Positions 56,255 to 64,000 of a stretch of DNA of 64,000 bases are shown here, piece by piece. The stretch's first letter is position 1. Each line of letters opens with the position of its first letter. Both the position numbers and the translations under genes were made by a program. This stretch comes from Adineta vaga (lineage: Eukaryota; Animalia; Rotifera), in NCBI GenBank assembly GCA_021613535.1, contig CP075493.1:9176001-9240000 (forward strand), in the 5' to 3' direction. The notes below the pieces were generated by a model. That model was not told the DNA's origin and did no database searches. It saw nothing but the letters and a program-made list of their open reading frames with translations.

Positions 56255-57874
56255 ATGTTGCGTTCAATAATTCGTCCAAGCACATGTGTGCGATGTTTAA
56301 TCAATCGAATTCAATACAATAGTACCAATAAAAGTTTGTATTCAACATTTGGATGGCAAAATTTGAATAGAAAATTATTTAGGTAAATCTGAAACTGATC
56401 CAAGTGCAGTATTTATTCGGAAAGATGTTCAAGATCTATTAACAAATATCACTGGTTTTGATCTTTCACGAATATTTCGTCAACGAACGAATAAAAGTCT
56501 CGATCGAATCGTTTATAAATATTTAACAGATAAACAACTCAAAGAAGTACGTATGTATTATTCGAATATCTTTTCATTCAATTTATTTGATTTGTCATAG
56601 GAACAAGACAAAACGATTGAACGAGGTCAAGCAAAACTTCAGATGCCACCCATTCTATCCGAAGCGAAGGAGAATGTTGAAGTTTTGGAAAAAGATGAAA
56701 TGTTAAGTGGATTTTCGTCGAGTAAACATCTATTTATTGATATATCACTTGGAATACCAATACGAGTATGTTTAGTTGTTTTGTTTCATCATAAAAAAAA
56801 AATAAAGTTTTCTTCGATTAGAATCGTTTAATTGTTGCTCGTGATGTTGATGGAACATTACGAACAGCAACATTGGATGAAAAACGACGAATGAGACAAA
56901 TCTATTTTCCTATTTCAGGAAGAGAACTAGTTATGCCAAAAATGTTTGAAGAAGAATATTTAGAAGTAAGAAAACTTACCATCATTTTTTTTATATATCA
57001 AAAGATTGAAATTTTTCTTTTTTGTATTTTATTTAGAAAATTTTAGAACGAGGTGATTATGAATTTATACTCGATCGTGCATGCACTCAATTCGAACCTG
57101 ATGATGAAGAATATATACGTGTAAGTCGTTCGATAAATTTTGTTCATAAAACTTTTTAACAAAATACATTTTTAGGTAACACATAGAATATATGAACATA
57201 TTGATCAAACAAATTCTTATAATTTACTTCGATCAACACGACATTTTGGTCCAATGGCATTCTATTATGTTTGGTTTAAGAAAATTGATCGACTTATGAA
57301 TGATATGATTAGCAGAAATTTGTAAGTTTTATTGATTTATTTGATGGTGGGAATATGAAAATTAAGAGTCAATAGTATAGCTCGAATGTACTCTAACTTT
57401 AAATAGGTTAGTTGTAGTGTTGTTTCCAGACCGGAAGTACATTTGATTTGAAGTGCGTCACAATTCATCGTTTAATATCTCAGATACAATAGATGAATGA
57501 TTTTCGATGCAGTGATTGCCTATTTTGTATTCTCACAGTTGTCTATAGATCATATTTTGAATATATGATTATTTATTGTAATAAATAATAACTTTTGTGT
57601 TCGATTTAGAATCAATGATGCTACTGCGCTACTTCAACTCTATGCAATTATGCATCCGGATTCCAAAGTCGCCACATATGATTTTCATGATACGGATCCT
57701 CATCGTCTTATTGAAGTATAAATATTTTCAAAAATTCGAATGATTTTGTATTATCCTTTCTTCTATTGTGTTTTCTAGACATATATCATCCATGAAGCTC
57801 GAATACCCGATTTACTTAATGAAACATTTCGTCAACACATTCGAAAAACTCAGGCAGCTGTGGCGAATAGATAG
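56255..57874 (+). CDS. MRPS22: Mitochondrial ribosomal protein S22
   Basis: VQDLLTNITGFDL, LQMPPIL, FIDISLG...RLIVARDVDGTLRTA, FILDRACTQFEPDD, LRSTRHFGPMAFYYV. Confidence 0.93.
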
Positions 57875-58009
57875 ATTTTTTCACTGTTCTTGTTTGATTA
57901 GCTTTAGAAAGAAAATGAAACAAAAGTTGTTGTTTTTTTTAATGTTGATATACGTTCTCTTTTCAGATCTACGTGTATTTAACATACATACACAGATAAT
58001 TCATTCATC

Positions 58010-58573
58010 ATGGTTCACATGAATGTTCTTGCAGACGCACTCAAGTCAATAAACAATGCTGAAAAACGCCATAAACGTCAAGTTATCATTCGACCATGTT
58101 CAAAAGTCATCGTCAAGTTTCTCACTGTCATGATGAAACATGGTAAAAGACAAAGAGCGATGAAATATTCGTTAAGAAAACTTTATTTATTGCAATTTTT
58201 CTTTTCTTTTCAAGGTTATATTGGCGAATTTGAAATAGTCGATGATCATCGAAGTGGTAAAATAGTTGTTAATTTAAACGGTCGATTAAATAAAGTAGGA
58301 TCAGTTGAAGATTAAATCATGTTTATTTTCTTTCGGTTCAAGTGCGGTGTGATCAGTCCTCGTTTTGATTGTCCAATTCGTGATATTGAAACTTGGACAA
58401 AGAATCTTTTACCATCACGTCAATTTGGGTAGATTTTCAAATCAAATTTGTTTTTTTATTTTTCTTTTCCATCTACTAGATACGTCGTATTAACAACTTC
58501 ACATGGTATTTTAGATCATGAAGAAGCTCGACGAAAACATACTGGTGGTAAAGTTCTCGGATTTTTCTTTTAA
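58010..58573 (+). CDS. RPS15A: 40S ribosomal protein S15a (uS8)
   Basis: [20 protein letters not shown]...[27 protein letters not shown]|CGVISPRFD...LLPSRQFG...[14 protein letters not shown]. Confidence 0.98.
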
Positions 58574-61071
58574 AATCTTCGAGATGATTCAGTATTCGAT
58601 CAACAAACAAAATTAAAAAATAACAACAATTCGATTGATTTTGTTTTTGTTATTGTACCAGCAAAGAATAAAAAAAAGAAAAAGAATCCGAAAAACAAAA
58701 TATACACATATAAATAAGAACTTTCATGTTCACTATTCAAATGTGTCAAATGAACAATAGATACTTGACAAAAAGAATGAAGACTATAATGAAAGATTTG
58801 AAATTCATTCGATCATTTGTTTTTTCGTTGTTTTGTTCAATTACAGTTTAATGAACATACCTTCCGGCTCATTATATCATTCATATATGAATAGATAGTG
58901 CATAGGTAATAAGAGAAAGGAAAAACAGATCATTCCATTCAATTCCATTTTTGTATGTGTGTATGAAGAAAGAAAAGCATCGATGTCAATATCCGATGAT
59001 AGAAAAAGTATGGAAAGATATGTATATACAATGATAATTTCTTCTATCGAACTGGGTTTTTTTCTCTTTGTATATGATCATTCGTCTTTATATGCATGTC
59101 ATTTGGTGTCTTGTCGACATTGGTAATCATCGATCAATGTTCTTTACATTTGTTCAGGAATGAAAAAGAGAAGAGGCAAATTTCATTACTTCATTATCGT
59201 CTCGTCGTTTGTTTTCAAAGAATAAATATTAACTTCAACATCGAGAATAGACATACATATATATATATATATATCTTTTTACATTATCTCGAAAAAAGAA
59301 ATAGTTTTAACTTCTTCGATATAATAGACATTCATAGCAAGAAAAAAGAAAGAAAATGAGTAAATTATTTCTATCGTTGGTAAGTGAAAAAGAATAGCCC
59401 TGGAAATGTTCCCCTCTCTCATTTCCGCTTCGATGATAAAATAGAATGATTGTAGCAAAATAACAGGAAAAAGTCAGTTTAATCGTCTTCTTTCTTTTTT
59501 TTAATACAAGTAAATCTTTCTCTATAGATATGGTACTAATCCATATTAGGAATAAGAAACATTGTATATGTATATTTACTCAATACACTTGTATTACTTC
59601 AATGGATTATGCACGAACATGATTATTAGCATATAACAACAAAAGTCTGACGAATAAGTATAAGCTTGAAAGAACTTCGTTTCTCTCTCTCTCTCTCCCT
59701 CTCTTTCTGTTTGATTCTCATATTTGATGATGAGTAGATATCATTGATTATGTAATAGGTATGTTGAAGAAGGACAGGCGCGTTTATATTTATTCTTGAT
59801 ATGTGTGTGTGTGTATGTGTATAAATGATCGTATTACGGCGTGATAAGAAACATTTATCCAATACTATTGACAACTTTGTTTATTTTTAATACTCAATTA
59901 TGATTATCAGACGGACACATAAGTGAGATTAACGAGTATTGGTTTTATCGAAACTCTAAGTGATTCAATTACAATCATGCTGAGAATGTTTCATGTTATC
60001 TCTTCTTTTTTTTTTAAGTTACTTTGTTTAATGTACTACTAATCTTAAAGAGATATTAGATGGCTTTTCATTTCTAATTAACTTGTAAAAATGAAAGAAA
60101 AAGATGATTACTTGTTACCTTAAAAACTACTTGAGAATGTTAGGAGAGAAACTATTTCTAGCAATTGTAACATTTTAACGTTTGAAACATTTTGAATTCG
60201 TGCACTGATATAAACATAGACGCATAAACACATAGATAGGCATAGTAATAAGAGACCTATATCGGCTGAAAGCGATGACGATGACTCTTGTTACTCGATA
60301 CAAACTACAAACATACATAAATATGATTGTATTAGTCGTTGTTCGATAAGGATAAGTATAAACATGACACATGCGTAATGAAGAGAAAGAGAGCGAGAAG
60401 TAATTGTATTTATGCCTCACCGACAATGAAACCTTATCGATTTCTTTTGCGTTCATATTCAAATGATAGATTTTTCTTCTTGTTTCACTAGTTGATAATT
60501 AAAAAGAAAAGAAGAACTTTTCGTGTTACTTATACTGTTCATCTACATTCTTTCTTTTCAAGAGACATAAAAAGAAAAGGAACGGTAGAACATTGATTAA
60601 TTCAAGTACTGCGTGCATCTAAGCATGAAGTAAAAGTAAAGAAGATGAACTGTCGTTCTTCTGTTAAATTAACCGTAGGTCTATGTGACACAATGGATCT
60701 ATTCTAATCATTAAGTTTTTTTTCACAGAGAATGAGACACACTCTCTCGTTTTTTTTCTCTTCTCTTCTCCTTCTTTACTAAACATTAAACTATAAAGAG
60801 TAACATACTGATCGGTCGACAACGGAAAAATTACGTGACATTATTATTTTCTTTGTTATCGTTTTCTTTCTAAATTGTATTTTATATATGCATAGATGTT
60901 AACAGATCAATGAATCGTATGTCATTAAAGTGTTGATAATGCCTCTTTCTCTCTCTCTCTCTCATACAGTTTTTTTTATCGCTCTATTTTCAGATCTTTA
61001 TGCTTGGCAATGTAATTTAACATTAGTTTGCATAACTGATTTGTATATGTAAAAATCGGTTTTATTTTACA

Positions 61072-64000
61072 ATGACATTGTATGCAAAAGAAAAACATTC
61101 GATTCGATCATCATCATCATCATCATTATCATCATCGGCATCATCTTTGATAATTCATGAACCATATCATGGAAGAAAATCTCTCTTATTATCATGTTGT
61201 GGCTGTAATCGAACACGGCAAATAGTAACAAGTGAAGACAAAACTAAACAAGCTAATCTACAAAATGGATTTTTCAAACGAATTCAAATTTTCAAAGGTT
61301 TTGAAAATGAATTTTTTCAAATTTTGTTAGTAAAAAATCTTTCTTTTATCTATAGCACAAAAACGACAAAGTTCAGTTCGTAAACAACAGTTAGTGACAA
61401 TAGCAACTAATGGTCATCTTTCAAATGAAACCGAAAAATTATCCAAAGATATTAAAGAATCTGATCATATTGAAAATTTTCAACCAAGTATTGATTCACG
61501 ATCATTGGCAGATATTGAAATTGCCTCGTCGGTTCATGATGATAAATATCATCATCGGAATTTAAGTATGACACCGAAAAGTATTTCAACACATAAACGT
61601 TCATCAATAGCAACGAATCTCTCAGCATATTCAAGTCAAACTTTACTTCGAAAATTACGTGATAAAGCTCAAGTTCTAGATGAATATTATCAAGATATAT
61701 CAACCAAACTAGCTCATCGACCTGTTTCATCTCTTTCCTCATCATCATCATCACTTCGCGATCCATCAGGTGCAACACCACGTTTATTTCTCTATCATCA
61801 TCGTTCTAGTGATAGTATGAAAAAATCTCAACGAAGAAATTATCGACAATTACATAGTGCTGTCTCGTCGGATAGTTCAAGGTTTGATTTATATGATGAT
61901 GAAGATAATATTTTACGAGAATTAGTTCGTTTTAATAATGATATTGATCTAATTTTATCACGTTTGGAAATGGAAGGTGAAACGTTACCTCAATTACAAA
62001 CGACAGATCTTCTTTTATCGGAAGAAGATCAAATTAAATCATCAAATATGAATGCCACAGATGATTCTTATTTTGATATCAATCCAAAAAATAACAATAA
62101 TCAGTATGTTCTTAGTTTCATATCTTATCTATTGAATAACATTGATTCTTCTTGAAAGTGAGAGAATATATAAAAATCTCATTGAATAATGATAGATCGG
62201 TCAGTTACACACAGCAAAAATATGACATGTTGAAACTGTTAAATCAATATTTGTCTCTCATTGACAACAAATCGAGAGCGCAAAAGAGAATTCATTCTAC
62301 AATCATTTATTTTGAGTATCAGTTGTCATCAACAACACAATCGACGAGTGTTCTAGCAGCAATAAGCAAATATAAACACGAATTACCTGCAGCTATATAG
62401 AAAAGAAATACTTCAGACAAAAAAAACTGCTACTTTTATAACTCAATGAGTGTGGCATATTTTCTCTCTTCTTCTATTTCGTTTCTCTCTCTCTCTGTCT
62501 TACTTATTTCAAATATTCTAATCATTGTCAATATATTTCCTGTATTATTGACATGATCTTTAGTCACATTAGATTTCTTGATAACCTTGCTATTGGATAT
62601 CTATCAATAATTGTAAAGATTTTCTATGTAGATAATCGACTATGTTACCCAAGGTTGGTCTTCTTGGTGAAATTTATCATGAATATTTTCTATTTTCCTT
62701 TTTTTTGCCATTAACAAATGAGTTATTCATTCTTGAAAGAGATATATGTAAGTGAGAAGTATAATTCGTTGTTTAGAATTGTTATTTTCCAATTAATTCA
62801 GTGAGATACTATGATGAGAAGAAAAGAAATAAACATTCGTTATTGAGCGACAGTTTGACTTAGAAAATTATATTATCATAAAGTGTATATTCTCAGTTAT
62901 GGTAATTTTTTTTATGTTATTACTGTTGTGCGAGTCGACAACGACGAATTTGAAGGTAATATATGCCATAGACAACGACCTCAGTTAAGCACGTACGCAC
63001 ACATGTACATAACAATTTAGGTTTCTCTCTCTCTCTCTCTCGCTTGCTCGTTCGCTCTATGGTACTGATGACGTCTTTCAGTTGATCGGGTATGCGTGCG
63101 CAATTGTTGCGTCATCAAGATCTGTCGTCAGTCGATAAAGAATGATGGAACAAATTTTCTTTTTCTCTTCTCTTTTACTAATATTCTTGATCATCAAGAT
63201 GTTCCTATCTTCAGTAGTTGTATAATTATTCCAATAGGAACAGTTACTTTCATTGATTAAGAATGGAATTTTTTTCTTAAAATATGAATTCTTGTCCTTC
63301 GTGTCTGCTTCGCTTTTTTCTTCATAAGATAACCTTCAAAAGATACGAATCCAGAGGCCTCCTTCTGTCTGAACAAACAAGGTCAATGTTCCGATGCAAT
63401 CGACTTTTTTTCTCTCGGTTTTCTTTTTGTTCGAATTAATTTTCAGTCGTCTTTATATTTGACATTCGACATATTAGATATTTGTTTGTTTGCAGAGAAG
63501 AACTTGATCAAACGAATTCAAACGATATTTTAACAATGCGTACGAATACAAATGAATTAAATATTCATTTACTTCTATCGAATGATATCGATCGAATACG
63601 AGAACTAGGTAAATAAAAACCATAATCTATTTCTATCACCAACATCAAATGTTTATCTTTTCAGCTCTATCGAATTTATTGAAGATGACTGAAGAAAATT
63701 GTACATTGGAAAATGTACATAGTTATGAAGCAATGTAAGTACAAACGATGGCGATCTTATGGTTGACGCAAAATAATTTAATTTAGAACTTTGACAAAAT
63801 TAAATAAACTTCCGAAGTCAACAACATGGAAAGGCAAACGTGTCTTTGGTGTTCCATTACGTGTTTATCAACAAACAACTGGGCAAATTCTACCCATCCC
63901 AATAACGAATGCATTACAATACATTCGCCTACATGCTGGTAAATGCGATGGATTATTTCGTAAACCAGGTGTTAAATCAAAAATTGAACGTTTACGTTCA
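61072..64000 (+). CDS. DLC1/STARD13/crossveinless-c-like RhoGAP, 3' part outside the window; linkage of the Ser-rich 5' exons is inferred
   Basis: The last exon (from about 63787) reads KRVFGVPLRVYQQTTGQILPIPITNALQYIR...GLFRKPGVKSKIERLRS. Ser-rich ORFs lie upstream at 61072-62155. Confidence 0.75.

Overview
AT-rich, gene-dense eukaryotic DNA with many short (about 45-70 nt) GT-AG introns. Gene content and style (ART-TPR remnant, long-tailed H2A variant, intron-containing histone quartet) point to a bdelloid rotifer; this is inferred, not proven. In order: a dsRBD plus PrimPol/UL52-type zinc-finger gene with an internal frameshift, cohesin SA/STAG, stonin, decayed CNG and ART-TPR fragments, a CNGL-type cyclic nucleotide-gated channel, several orphan, membrane and TPR genes, beta'-COP, a class A GPCR, beta-TrCP, SPOP-like, adenosine kinase, prefoldin 1, eIF4E, a PH-RhoGAP, an H4-H3-H2B-H2A quartet, MRPS22, RPS15A and the start of a DLC-type RhoGAP. 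Most notable: (1) two equal-length 59-nt alternative exons for the S6 gate helix of the channel; (2) histone genes that carry both introns and a variant 3' stem-loop, plus a second conserved 3'UTR hairpin and a non-canonical downstream element; (3) several co-oriented gene pairs only 87-160 nt apart with unpaired YAG|AT acceptors, suggesting trans-spliced operons; (4) the dsRBD-zinc-finger fusion. Exon boundaries were read by eye and may be off by a few bases.
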